From the NCBI GenBank assembly GCA_963770835.1, contig CAVYRH010000016.1:1-64000 (forward strand): a DNA stretch of 64,000 nucleotides. Reading direction: 5' to 3'. The notes below the pieces were generated by a model. It was given only the letters and a program-made list of their open reading frames with translations. It made no database searches and was not told the DNA's origin. The number at the start of each line of letters is the position of its first letter. Positions within the stretch are counted from its first letter, which is position 1. Made by a program: the position numbers and the translations under genes. This DNA is from an uncultured Pseudomonadota bacterium. Its GTDB lineage: Bacteria; Oederibacteriota; Muellerivitia; Muellerivitales; Muellerivitaceae. Positions 33,136 through 42,470 of this stretch are shown piece by piece.

Positions 33136-33494
33136 TTCCTATGAAAAAGAAAAAAGTAATTTCTCCGGCGGAACCTTTCGACCTCGACGGAGTTGTAGCC
33201 GAGAACTTGAAAAAGGACGAGGCTTTCCGCCAGGAATACCTCAAAGACCTCCTGACCGAAAAGGACCTTCCTTTCCTGGCCGCTAGTCTCAAGCCTGTGG
33301 TCCAAGCCTTGGGTGGGGTGGGGAAGCTCTCAAAGGAAACGGGCTTGGGTCGCCAAAGCCTCTACAAGGCCTTGTCCGGTAAAGTTCTCCCGGACTTCCC
33401 GACCCTCATCAAAATTCTCAACTTCGCTGGTTACGACCTAGCCTTGAAGAAAAGGGAACACCACGGCCGCAAAACCCACGCTTTAGCTCATTGA
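33132..33494 (+). CDS. Addiction module antidote (HTH)
   Basis: GGVGKLSKETGLGRQSLYKALS...PDFPTL. Confidence 0.88.
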   Translation: MIPMKKKKVISPAEPFDLDGVVAENLKKDEAFRQEYLKDLLTEKDLPFLAASLKPVVQALGGVGKLSKETGLGRQSLYKALSGKVLPDFPTLIKILNFAGYDLALKKREHHGRKTHALAH

Positions 33495-33611
33495 CGGCCC
33501 CCGGTAATCTTAACCCGGTAATTTGTAGCTCTTGTTTGTAGCTACAATTTGTAGTATATTCCTTAGAGACGGGGAAGGGTTGGTTGAAGCCAATCCTTTA
33601 CGGAAAGAAAC

Positions 33612-33980
33612 ATGAACGAGACGACCGGCGATTCCTTTGACGACATGAAATTTTTCAACCCCTGGGAGGTCAGGATTGATGACGGGATCAACCCAAAGCT
33701 CGTTGATATCTTCAAAAAACATCCCTTGTTGCAAAAGCCCTTCTTCACGTTCCTGGACGAACTGAAGACCTTCCCGCCAAATGCCGACCACTTCAAGGAA
33801 CCCATGAGGTCCTACTACGAGGAAGGGGTTTGGGTCACCATCACGGACGGGCATATCCGCCTGGCCTTGTTGGTGGAGTACCGGAAGCACGAGCAAACCT
33901 GTTGGGTGGTGGAGGCCGCGTTGGACGTACCGCGCGGGCATGATTGGTTGAAGGATTGGTATAAGAAAAAGAAATTTTAG
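33612..33980 (+). CDS. Hypothetical protein, possible toxin (paralog of 30017)
   Basis: LKTFPP motif, same position in the unit. Confidence 0.5.
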   Translation: MNETTGDSFDDMKFFNPWEVRIDDGINPKLVDIFKKHPLLQKPFFTFLDELKTFPPNADHFKEPMRSYYEEGVWVTITDGHIRLALLVEYRKHEQTCWVVEAALDVPRGHDWLKDWYKKKKF

Positions 33981-34009
33981 TAAAAACGAAACAGGGTTGG
34001 AGGTAAAGC

Positions 34010-34378
34010 ATGAAAGCCCATGTCGCAGAAAAGTCGAGTTTCTTCCCGGTTATTCGGGGAGAGGAGGAAAAATCTATCACCCTTCGTTTTCGGGCGACGC
34101 CTTCCCAGGCGAAATATTGGGAAGAATCCCTGAAAGCTTTGGGCGTGAAGGACTTTTCGTCCTTCGCCCGCGGGGCCGTTCAGGCCGCCATCGAAATGGG
34201 CCAAAAGGCCCATGACCCCAAGTGGCAGGATTTCCTTGAGGCTATCCAGCCTATCGCCAAGAAGAAGCTGGGTTATGGAATCTTCCATGGTGGCGCGACC
34301 GTCACCGAGGGTTACGGCAAGGAGCGCAAGGGAATCACCGCCGACGAATTCCGCCGCCAGGTTGAAAAAAAGAAATAA
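34010..34378 (+). CDS. RHH-like protein (paralog of 30358)
   Basis: ALGVKDFSSFAR and DPKWQ.FL.A shared; GGAGG SD. Confidence 0.55.
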   Translation: MKAHVAEKSSFFPVIRGEEEKSITLRFRATPSQAKYWEESLKALGVKDFSSFARGAVQAAIEMGQKAHDPKWQDFLEAIQPIAKKKLGYGIFHGGATVTEGYGKERKGITADEFRRQVEKKK

Positions 34379-34427
34379 AAACCACAGGGAACTAAATAAC
34401 ACCACCTAAACCTGTTGGGGGAAAACC

Positions 34428-34655
34428 GTGAAATCAAAACCCAGTAAACCGGCTAAGGCAAACCCGCCGAAAAAGACCCGGCTTAGAAGTAAATCCAACA
34501 AATTCCTTTTTGAATTTAATGGAACAAAGTTTTACAAACCAGGCCCCAAGCTCGCCAAAGAGATTGATGAGAGGGCGGACGCGATCATTGAAGGTCGGGT
34601 GAAAGGTATTCGTTGGAAGGGTTCCTTCGGCAAGACGTTCAAGAAAAAGGCCTAA
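34428..34655 (+). CDS. Small basic protein
   Basis: GTG-KSKP start, same position as 30815. Confidence 0.45.
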   Translation: MKSKPSKPAKANPPKKTRLRSKSNKFLFEFNGTKFYKPGPKLAKEIDERADAIIEGRVKGIRWKGSFGKTFKKKA

Positions 34656-34703
34656 CCCCCAAAATTTGCAGGGGAGGAAACCCTCCCCTGCACCTCTCCT
34701 TTC

Positions 34704-35018
34704 TCATTCCTGCTCCAACTTCTTCTCAAGGCTCGCCTGTTCGTAGGCATCTAGCGCCTGGTCCTCGATCAAGTCCTTTAGGGGCTTGTTCAGGTAGTAC
34801 AACGGGACAGGGTCCTGGCTCTCCTTGTATTTCCTCGTGGGCACGTCCACGAAAGCCCCCTTGCTTCCTTCGATGACGACCATCTTCGGGAAGTGCGTCT
34901 CGTAGCTGACCTCGTTCCCTTCCTCCTTATGGACGAAGGAAACCTTGGCGGTGAACGTCGCCACCAGCTGGCCCTTCCTTCCCAGGTACAACTTCAAAAT
35001 CTCAACCTTTGGATTCAT
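34704..35018 (-). CDS. SpoVG-like protein B2
   Basis: VIEGSKGAFVDVPTRK; paralog of B1. Confidence 0.7.
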   Translation of the reverse strand: MNPKVEILKLYLGRKGQLVATFTAKVSFVHKEEGNEVSYETHFPKMVVIEGSKGAFVDVPTRKYKESQDPVPLYYLNKPLKDLIEDQALDAYEQASLEKKLEQE

Positions 35019-35365
35019 GCGAACCCTCCTCAATTATTTTTTGAAGAGGCGCGTTTGGAGGCGCCCCCCTCACCAACCGGAAGGGGGGCGCCGTAAAAAG
35101 ATTAGGTTTTGCGGGAGGGAAGAAGCGAAGCGGATTCCAAGGAGCTTTGCCCTGGGTTTAAGCGACCAAGCGCGAAAACGAAGTGACAGCGTTCGAGGCC
35201 CGCCGCCCGGCCCGGGTTTTCCGGGCGGGCGGGGTCCCGGAGGGCTAGGGCCGGTCGCGTTTTTTTGGGCTTTTGGCCCTAAGGTGAAAAGCCATTCGGC
35301 TTTTTTTGGTAACGGTTTTGTTCTCGCGGCATTTTGCAAAAGGGGTAAAATTACCTGAATTAAGC

Positions 35366-35395
35366 TTGTCCACGACGGGGACCCGTCGTGGACAA
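35366..35395 (+). repeat. 30-bp site, perfect palindrome (TTGTCCACGACGGG-GA-CCCGTCGTGGACAA)
   Basis: 14-bp perfect arms around GA. Confidence 0.95.
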
Positions 35396-35434
35396 AGAAC
35401 AAGTACCAATTTGCAGTCCAATATGGAGGAACCG

Positions 35435-35944
35435 ATGAAGATAAAAGTTTATAAAAAAATATTCGTGATATCTGCAATCCTTTCTTTTGCCCCAATTCTT
35501 GGTTTTTCTGACGACTTCGACCTAAAAGATTCCCATCCAGAAATTCTTAAAGGTAATGTTTATGAAATAAAATCGATGGGGTCCGTCCCTATAGGCCAGG
35601 GAATTTATATCGATATGGTGATTGATCCATCCCAAGAGGAAATAATTCTAAAACGCTTCAAATTTAAGGAGGGGGCAGATTGGGGTGTAGTTTCAAACGA
35701 CTCCAAGGATACGATTCATTTGGATTCGATTAAGAAGGACGGCGATTCAAAGGTGATCATCGTTGGTTCTGAGGCCCAAGACACGGATGGAATTAAGGTT
35801 AAGATCGAATTGTCGGCTTTTGATCAATCTCGAGCCCAATTTACTGAAGCCCTAGTAGATATCATTTGTGATGTTGATCATGGAAGCGGTGATTTAACAT
35901 TATCATTAAAAAAATTGCACCTTCGGGCAATTAAGGTTAAATGA
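35435..35944 (+). CDS. Exported hypothetical protein (cassette-like)
   Basis: GGAGG SD, signal peptide, AT-rich, between two sites. Confidence 0.7.
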   Translation: MKIKVYKKIFVISAILSFAPILGFSDDFDLKDSHPEILKGNVYEIKSMGSVPIGQGIYIDMVIDPSQEEIILKRFKFKEGADWGVVSNDSKDTIHLDSIKKDGDSKVIIVGSEAQDTDGIKVKIELSAFDQSRAQFTEALVDIICDVDHGSGDLTLSLKKLHLRAIKVK

Positions 35945-35970
35945 GAATTTAGGAATTAAAGTTGCGCAGG

Positions 35971-36000
35971 TTGTCCACGACGGGGACCCTTCGTGAACAA
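35971..36000 (+). repeat. 30-bp site (TTGTCCACGACGGGGACCCTTCGTGAACAA)
   Basis: 28/30 to consensus. Confidence 0.92.
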
Positions 36001-36073
36001 CGAAAATAATGGATAATGGTAGTCAGGCACTTTCAGCATAAAGATGGTTTACAAAATTTGGGGGGCAGACCAC

Positions 36074-37084
36074 ATGGACTTGCTTATTGATACTTACGGT
36101 ACCAAGATCGGCGTAAATGGCGAGCGCATCGTCCTTTCTTTTCCGAAAGTTAAAGAGAAAAAAGAATACCCCATCCATAGACTGGAGAAAATAGTCATAC
36201 TGCGGCCGGCCTCGCTCACGACTCACGCGGTTCAGCTCGCGATTGAGCACGATGTTGATATCGTCTATCTCGGTTCTTTTGGCAAGCCCATCGGAAGACT
36301 ATTTTCAAGCGAACCAAAAGGGCTGGCGAGTCTTCGTAAAGCGCAACTGGAAGCGTCAACTTCGCTTGAGCGATCGTTCAAAATCGCGAAAGAATTAGTG
36401 CGGGGCAAATGCGCTAATCAGCTCGATCTACTCCGATATCTCGCGTACCGATATAAAAAGGATGTGGGGACCGAACTCTTACAAGCGCAGACCCTTTTTG
36501 ATGTCTTGGACAATGTCCCGTGTTCGGAGAAAGGCAAGGAGCAACTCCTTGGTACGGAAGGATACATCGCGGACAAATATTTCAGCGGGTTAAAAAAATT
36601 CTATAGATTCCCGGGCCGAAAACCACAAGGCAGGGACCAGTTTAACAGCGTACTGAATTATGGTTACGGCATCCTTTACAATGAAGTCGAACGGGCATGC
36701 CTTTACGTCGGTCTTGATCCATATCTCGGCCTCTACCACAGTGAACGCTATGGTAAGCCTGCCCTCGTTCTCGATCTTGTCGAAGAATTCCGCGTACCAA
36801 TCGTCGACTCGGTGCTTTTCCCGCTTTTCATAGAAAAGAAACTGAGCCAACGGAAATATTTTGAAAAAACCGCGGTTGGGCAATATCTGTTATCGCCTGA
36901 GGGAAAAAGCGTCGTGGTGGGGGCGATCATGAGGCGGTTGAATGAAACGACGGCATGGCGGGAGAAACAATATACTCTTAAGCAGATCATAGATAACCAG
37001 ATTAGGGCGTTGGCACGTCACTTTGTCGAAAAGGAGGACAAGTACAACCCGTTTCGTGCGGAAAAACTTTTTTCGATATCATGA
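36074..37084 (+). CDS. cas1: CRISPR-associated endonuclease Cas1
   Basis: LLGTEG, NSVLNYGYGILY, GLDPYLGLYH, LVLDLVEEFR; catalytic E/H/E present. Confidence 0.95.
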   Translation: MDLLIDTYGTKIGVNGERIVLSFPKVKEKKEYPIHRLEKIVILRPASLTTHAVQLAIEHDVDIVYLGSFGKPIGRLFSSEPKGLASLRKAQLEASTSLERSFKIAKELVRGKCANQLDLLRYLAYRYKKDVGTELLQAQTLFDVLDNVPCSEKGKEQLLGTEGYIADKYFSGLKKFYRFPGRKPQGRDQFNSVLNYGYGILYNEVERACLYVGLDPYLGLYHSERYGKPALVLDLVEEFRVPIVDSVLFPLFIEKKLSQRKYFEKTAVGQYLLSPEGKSVVVGAIMRRLNETTAWREKQYTLKQIIDNQIRALARHFVEKEDKYNPFRAEKLFSIS

Positions 37085-37416
37085 ACAATTTCAATGCCAT
37101 CACCCTAGTATCGTGGGAAACGCGCGACTGGCGGCATCGGGACAAGGCGGTTCTGTGGTGCAAGAATTATGGTCTCAAGCCGGTTTTACGGAATATGTAT
37201 ATCGGAAAATTGTATTCAAAAGAACGGGAAAAACTCGAGAATAAATTCAAGGGGGCTTTCGCAAAGAAGACCGAAAAGTTTTTTATCAGTACGCTCTGTC
37301 GGTCGTGCTTTGAAGATTCGGTTTTCGGTGGTACGCTTAGTTCTAAGAAAGATGATGTCGACATTGAAACTGCGTTTGAACTTATCCAAATCACGCCGAA
37401 TTCGGCGGAACGGTGA
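37081..37416 (+). CDS. cas2: Divergent Cas2-like protein
   Basis: ATGA-coupled to cas1; LVSWE, CKNYGL, YIGKL, LCRSC follow the Cas2 pattern. Confidence 0.75.
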   Translation: MNNFNAITLVSWETRDWRHRDKAVLWCKNYGLKPVLRNMYIGKLYSKEREKLENKFKGAFAKKTEKFFISTLCRSCFEDSVFGGTLSSKKDDVDIETAFELIQITPNSAER

Positions 37417-37438
37417 AAAACACCAATAATTGCAGGCT

Positions 37439-37475
37439 CCTGCACATGCCTGTCGCAAAAAGGATAGTGTGCAAC
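37439..37475 (+). CRISPR. 37-bp CRISPR-like repeat, copy 3 (one variant base), 22 bp after cas2
   Basis: CCTGCACATGCCTGTCGCAAAAAGGATAGTGTGCAAC. Confidence 0.65.
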
Positions 37476-37493
37476 CTCACTAAGGAGGGATCT

Positions 37494-37664
37494 ATGGCAA
37501 AGTTAAAAGAAAAAGAAGCGTCAGAGAAATCGGAAAAGGGAGTCTCGAGGGAAAGCCTGGAAGTGGCGGCTTATTACCACTGGCAGAACCGGGGATGCCC
37601 AAACAATGATGAAATGTGTGATTGGGTGGAGGCGGAAAAGGAATTGGTCGGAGCCTCCAAATAA
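37494..37664 (+). CDS. DUF2934-domain protein
   Basis: AAYYHWQNRG......DWVEAEKEL; TAAGGAGG SD. Confidence 0.8.
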   Translation: MAKLKEKEASEKSEKGVSRESLEVAAYYHWQNRGCPNNDEMCDWVEAEKELVGASK

Positions 37665-37725
37665 GTCTTAAAACAATAATTGACATTAAAATTCTCTAAA
37701 GAGTTGTGCTTCCGGGGAAGTTCAT

Positions 37726-37974
37726 TTGGTCAAGGTTGTATCCTTGAAGCCCCGGAGATTTTATGAGAGGTGGATCATGGTTGACCGTGTGCTTAGAAGG
37801 TACGGGCCTTTTTTAGAAAAATTGTTGTTCTGGGCTCTGGAAGGCGATAAATCACCTTTCGACCGGGACGATTCCCAACGCCAAGAATTGACACGAAAGC
37901 CGGTTCGAAAAATGCTGAAAAAAAATAAGGTCTTGGCTGAGCCAGCTCATTCTCCAATCCGGCAAAAGGCTTAG
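37726..37974 (+). CDS. Hypothetical protein (start uncertain)
   Basis: ORF only; GAGG precedes an internal ATG. Confidence 0.3.
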   Translation: MVKVVSLKPRRFYERWIMVDRVLRRYGPFLEKLLFWALEGDKSPFDRDDSQRQELTRKPVRKMLKKNKVLAEPAHSPIRQKA

Positions 37975-38157
37975 ACTAACAATTGGAAGAGGTTCTTGAT
38001 AGGACGCCGTGAAGGTGCCAGCGGATTTATTGCGATGTGTTAAGAAAAAGAATCCTCTTTCGTTGGAAACCCCGGGATGGGAGTGGATCCTGGGGTTTTT
38101 TTGTTTTTTGATAATCCTTAAGTAGTGTTCACAAGTAAATAAATTGGAGAAAAGAAT

Positions 38158-38772
38158 ATGACACTCATAGAGGAAGCGAAGAAAAGTAAGAAAACGGGCG
38201 CTTCGATCAGCGTTCTCGATGCCATTTGCAACCGAAGGGCCGTCCGCCACTACACGGCCAAGGCGGTTGACGAAAAAACCGTGAGGAGCCTCCTGGAATT
38301 CGCTGTCCAGGCCCCCAGCGCGGTCAACAGCCAGCCCTGGAGCTTCGCCGTCGTCCAGGATGCGGTTCTCCTGCGGGGAATTTCCAATGAGGCTAAAAAG
38401 ACGCTTGCCAAGGATCCCCGCTGGAAGTCCGAGGCCCTGCATGGGCCGAACCGTTTCCTGGACCCGGGATTCAATATTTTCTACGGCGCTTCCACCCTCA
38501 TCATTGTTTGCGCGACTCAGGAAGGACTAGTTCCCGAGGCGGATTGCTACCTAGCCTGCCAAAACCTGATGCTGGCCGCTTATGGAATGGGGCTGGGTAC
38601 CTGCCCCATCGGGCTGGCTTGGGACGTTCTGCGGACCGATTCGATGAAAAATAAATTGGGAATACCGGAAGGGCAATTCCCAGTCCTTCCGATCATCGTC
38701 GGATACCCGTCGGAGGAATCCCCAAGGACGCCGAGAAACCCACCCCGGATTTTAAACTGGATAGGGCCATAA
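38158..38772 (+). CDS. Nitroreductase family protein
   Basis: RRAVRHY, APSAVNSQPWSF, NLMLAAYGMGLGTC. Confidence 0.92.
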   Translation: MTLIEEAKKSKKTGASISVLDAICNRRAVRHYTAKAVDEKTVRSLLEFAVQAPSAVNSQPWSFAVVQDAVLLRGISNEAKKTLAKDPRWKSEALHGPNRFLDPGFNIFYGASTLIIVCATQEGLVPEADCYLACQNLMLAAYGMGLGTCPIGLAWDVLRTDSMKNKLGIPEGQFPVLPIIVGYPSEESPRTPRNPPRILNWIGP

Positions 38773-38867
38773 AGGACGACTCCTCGAATCAAGCCTGAAC
38801 GTCCAAAGGAGGGAATGCACTACAATGCTTCCTGGGCCTATCCGGACTTGAAAGGTTTTGATCCCCC

Positions 38868-39671
38868 ATGGAACCCATGATCGAAGTTCGCGGCCTTACC
38901 AAGAGTTTTAAGGAAGTCCGCGCCGTCCAGGACGTGAGTTTTGACGTTGCTCCGGGGGAATGTTTTGCCCTCCTGGGTCCGAATGGCGCCGGTAAAAGCA
39001 CCACCATCAAGATGCTCATTACCATGATTTCCCCGGATTCCGGCGATGCGAAAGTAAATGGCTTTTCCCTGAAATTAGACCCGGCCCGCATCCGTGAATC
39101 CATCGGTTACGTCCCCCAATCCTTGTCGGTGGACGGCAGCTTGACGGGCTTGGAAAACCTCACGATCTTCGGGAAACTTTACGGCCTGACCAAGGCCCAA
39201 TTAAAAGACCGGGTTCCCCAAATCCTGAAAATGTTGGACCTGACCGAGGCGGCCCACCGGCCAGTGGCTCACTATTCGGGTGGAATGGTGAGGCGGCTTG
39301 AGATCGGCCAATCCATTTTGCACCGTCCTGCGGTGGTGTTTTTGGATGAACCCACTGCGGGACTGGACCCCGTCGCCCGCAACGCCCTCTGGGGGCATAT
39401 CCGGGAACTGCGCAAAGATTACGGGACAACTTTGTTGATGACCACCCATTACATGGAAGAAGCCCAAGAATTATGCGATCGCATCGCCATCATGGATAAG
39501 GGGCGCATCAAGGTAATGGGAACGTTGAAGGAATTGCGCAAGAGGGCCCGCAAACCCCGGGCCACGATGGATGAGCTATTCGTGCATTTCGTGGGGTCGT
39601 CTGAATCTGGCGAGCAAGGAGGCTTGGCCAATGTCAAACGCAGTCGCCGTATCGCCCAAAGACTCGGTTAA
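38868..39671 (+). CDS. ABC exporter ATP-binding protein (DrrA-like)
   Basis: GPNGAGKST, YSGGMVRRLEI, FLDEPT. Confidence 0.92.
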   Translation: MEPMIEVRGLTKSFKEVRAVQDVSFDVAPGECFALLGPNGAGKSTTIKMLITMISPDSGDAKVNGFSLKLDPARIRESIGYVPQSLSVDGSLTGLENLTIFGKLYGLTKAQLKDRVPQILKMLDLTEAAHRPVAHYSGGMVRRLEIGQSILHRPAVVFLDEPTAGLDPVARNALWGHIRELRKDYGTTLLMTTHYMEEAQELCDRIAIMDKGRIKVMGTLKELRKRARKPRATMDELFVHFVGSSESGEQGGLANVKRSRRIAQRLG

Positions 39672-40449
39672 GCGCCGTCGCGGGCCGCTCCTTTACCTTT
39701 ATCATGTCGGCGTCATCATTGAATTGGAAACACTCAAGATGATGAAAGACCCCACCGAGATCCTCTCCCGGAGCATACAGCCCGTGATCTGGATCCTTTT
39801 GTTTGGCGAGGCTTTTAGCCGTATGAAGGCCGTTCCCGAGGCGGGAGGGGATTACCTGGCTTTTCTCACGCCAGGAATATTGGCCCAGTCCATCACTTTC
39901 GTTTCCATCTTCAACGGGTTGTCCATCATTTGGGAAAGGGACATGGGGTTGCTTCAGAAAATCCTTACCACTCCCATCGAGCGTTCCGCCCTGGTCCTGG
40001 GTAAAATGCTGGCCTCCACTTTCCGGTCCCTTTGTCAACTGGGGGTCGTATTGGCGGTCACCCTCTGCTTGGGTATCCATCTGCAATGGAGCCTTGACCG
40101 GGTGGCCGGCCTTTTGGGGTTTGTTGTGCTCGGTTCGGCTTTTTTTTCCGGGCTCTCCATGGTGATCGCGGCCATCGTGAAGACCCGTGACCGCATGATG
40201 GGCATCGGCCAATTGGTGACCATGCCGCTCTTCTTCGCTTCCAGCGCCCTTTATCCCGTTTCCATCATGCCGCCCTGGCTCCAGGTTTTCGCCAAAGCTA
40301 ACCCCTTAAGTTACCTCGTGGACGGCTTGAGGGGGCTCTTGCTGGACCCTTCCTATTCCCATGGGTTGTTGGACGGAATGGTCCTATTGGCCGCATCGCT
40401 CTTCATCTGGGCCCTAGCCACCCGCCAGTACCCCCGGCTTTTGACCTAA
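39631..40449 (+). CDS. ABC-2 type permease (DrrB-like)
   Basis: FLTPGILAQ, PLFFASSALYP, NPLSYLVDGLR. Confidence 0.9.
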   Translation: MSNAVAVSPKDSVKRRRGPLLYLYHVGVIIELETLKMMKDPTEILSRSIQPVIWILLFGEAFSRMKAVPEAGGDYLAFLTPGILAQSITFVSIFNGLSIIWERDMGLLQKILTTPIERSALVLGKMLASTFRSLCQLGVVLAVTLCLGIHLQWSLDRVAGLLGFVVLGSAFFSGLSMVIAAIVKTRDRMMGIGQLVTMPLFFASSALYPVSIMPPWLQVFAKANPLSYLVDGLRGLLLDPSYSHGLLDGMVLLAASLFIWALATRQYPRLLT

Positions 40450-40484
40450 ATTCGAGTCTGGATTGTTGTGAGTTGTTTTTTAGG

Positions 40485-40496
40485 TTGTCCACGACG
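40485..40496 (+). repeat. Left part of a 30-bp site interrupted by the intron
   Basis: TTGTCCACGACG joined to 42438-42455 (GGGAGCCGTGATGGGTAA) rebuilds a 30-bp site. Confidence 0.85.
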
Positions 40497-42437
40497 GTGC
40501 GTCCAGAAAAGGCAGGTGTGTTCAGCAAGAGATAGTCTTGCATGGGTAATAGCCAAAGCCCATTAGCTAGGATGGCAGGCAAGCGGGAAACCAAATGCCT
40601 GAAGCCCATCAACAAAGCCATCGAAAGGATGGTGAGCGAGTCGTCGGGCCGTAACGAAAGTAAATGCACAGGTGGCCCCGAAAACACTTGCCTCGGAGGC
40701 TGAGTCCGCCGTCGTGGGACGAAAGCATCATGGGACAGCGCGGAGAAATGGCTGAAGCGCTGGAACACTCCGACGGGGTGATAGCAACGGCACGAAGACA
40801 AGGACACGCCAAGCAACTGGAGAAACCCTCCTTGCCCCAGGCAGAAATGCTTGGAGAAAGGTAGGCCGTATAACCGTGACGCGGGAAAACGGTCGAAGGT
40901 GAGAGGGTTTAGGATGGGTTCATGGTAGCGATGAAGCGGGGTAATGCCCGTGGAGCGAAGGAACCCTGCTGTTGTTAAGTCCCTCGACAAAACGGAAGGC
41001 AGTGACGGTATGAAAAAGACGTCAATTAACCTGCAAGACCTGAGACGAGAGATATACGTCAAAGCGAAGGCTGAAAAGAACTGGAGTTTCTGGGGACTGT
41101 ACACCCATGTTTGCAAGATGGAAACGCTTCAACAGGCTTACCGAATGGCTAAGGTAAATAACGGAGCCCCTGGAATAGATGGGGTGACGTTTGATGCCAT
41201 TGAGGAGGCCGGAGTGGAGTCGTTTCTGGAAAGCATCCGGGGTGAATTAGTTCAAGGCACGTATAAGCCCGTTCGAAACCGGAAGAAGGAAATACCCAAG
41301 GGAAATGGGAAGGTAAGAGTCCTTGGGATACCCAACATTCGGGATAGAGTAGTCCAGGGAGCACTGAAGTTTATTCTGGAACCGATTTTTGAGGCCGATT
41401 TTCAAGAAGGGTCCTATGGGTATCGACCCAAGCGGACCGCTCATGCGGCTGTGAACAGGGTAGCATCGGCAATCGTCTGTAGAAAAACCCGAGTCATTGA
41501 TGTAGACCTCAAGGCATATTTCGACACGGTAAGGCACGACCTTCTGATGAAGAAAGTTGCCCGAAGGGTTGAGGATGAAACGGTGTTGAGATTGTTGAGG
41601 ATGATCCTGAAGGCCAGCGGCAAAAGAGGAGTCCCGCAGGGAGGGGTTATTTCCCCTCTTCTGGCTAATCTCTACCTCAACGAGGTGGATAAGATGCTGG
41701 AAAAGGCAAAAGAAGTGACTCGGCAAGGGAAGAACAACTATATCGAATATGCGAGGTTCGCTGACGATATGGTGATCCTTGTTAATGGATATCCGCAATG
41801 GGAATGGTTGGCAAAGGCTGCCTACCGAAGGTTACTTGAAGAATTGACCAAGCTCGACTTGCAAATCAACACGGACAAGACGCGGATAGCAGACTTAACG
41901 AAAGGTGAAAGTTTCGGGTTTCTGGGGTTTGACTTTCGACAGGTGAAAACCCGTCGAGGGAAATGGGGGGTGAAGTTCACGCCGAAAATGAAGGCGCGAG
42001 CAACACTTCTGGGTAAGCTCAAGGAAACATTTGGAAGCTTCCAATCTCAGCCGGTGCAGAGGGTGATTGAGATTATCAATCCCAAACTGCGTGGGTGGGT
42101 GAATTACTTTCGGATAGGGAATTCTAGGCGCTGTTTTAACTACGTGGAAAGATGGGTCGAGAATAAAATCAGACGGCATATGATGCGTGCGAAGAAGCTC
42201 GACGGTTTTGGGCGGGATAGGTGGAGTAGGGAGTGGATATATAAGTATCTGGGGTTGTACAGAAGCTACCAAATACGATATTACCAAGAACCGAAAGCGC
42301 TACCCGTCTGATAGGTCACATAAACTTTGACAGGAAAGCAACAGGTGAGCGTAGTGCGGGAAATCCGCACGCTACGTTCGAGGAGGCGGGGACTGGAAAC
42401 GGAGCCAGAAGGCCACCGCACCAGTCCTCGACCCTAC
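40497..42437 (+). mobile_element. Group II intron, apparently full length
   Basis: 5' GTGCG, domain V GAGCGTAGTGCGGGAAATCCGCACGCTACGTTC (42347-42379), domain VI ending CCCTAC, RT ORF inside. Confidence 0.93.
41010..42311 (+). CDS. ltrA: Group II intron reverse transcriptase/maturase without endonuclease domain
   Basis: GAPGIDG, RVLGIP, GVPQGGVISPLLANLYL, RFADD, LRGWVNYF. Confidence 0.95.
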   Translation: MKKTSINLQDLRREIYVKAKAEKNWSFWGLYTHVCKMETLQQAYRMAKVNNGAPGIDGVTFDAIEEAGVESFLESIRGELVQGTYKPVRNRKKEIPKGNGKVRVLGIPNIRDRVVQGALKFILEPIFEADFQEGSYGYRPKRTAHAAVNRVASAIVCRKTRVIDVDLKAYFDTVRHDLLMKKVARRVEDETVLRLLRMILKASGKRGVPQGGVISPLLANLYLNEVDKMLEKAKEVTRQGKNNYIEYARFADDMVILVNGYPQWEWLAKAAYRRLLEELTKLDLQINTDKTRIADLTKGESFGFLGFDFRQVKTRRGKWGVKFTPKMKARATLLGKLKETFGSFQSQPVQRVIEIINPKLRGWVNYFRIGNSRRCFNYVERWVENKIRRHMMRAKKLDGFGRDRWSREWIYKYLGLYRSYQIRYYQEPKALPV

Positions 42438-42470
42438 GGGAGCCGTGATGGGTAAGTAAAAGCTGAAATT

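Noticed and set aside
35366..36000. 30-bp sites as integron attC, dif/pdif or intrinsic terminators
   Set aside because: They lack RYYYAAC/GTTRRRY ends, a XerD arm and a consistent U-tract; several right arms are too diverged to form a stable hairpin.
36074..37416. Casposon
   Set aside because: No family B polymerase or terminal inverted repeats seen, and cas1 is coupled to a cas2-like gene.
38799..38828. Further degenerate 30-bp site (ACGTCCAAAGGAGGGAATG...)
   Set aside because: Only GTCCA and GGGA match; too weak to call.
40944..42311. Retron, DGR or CRISPR-associated RT
   Set aside because: The RT is enclosed by clear group II intron termini and domain V; proximity to cas1 is explained by its target site.
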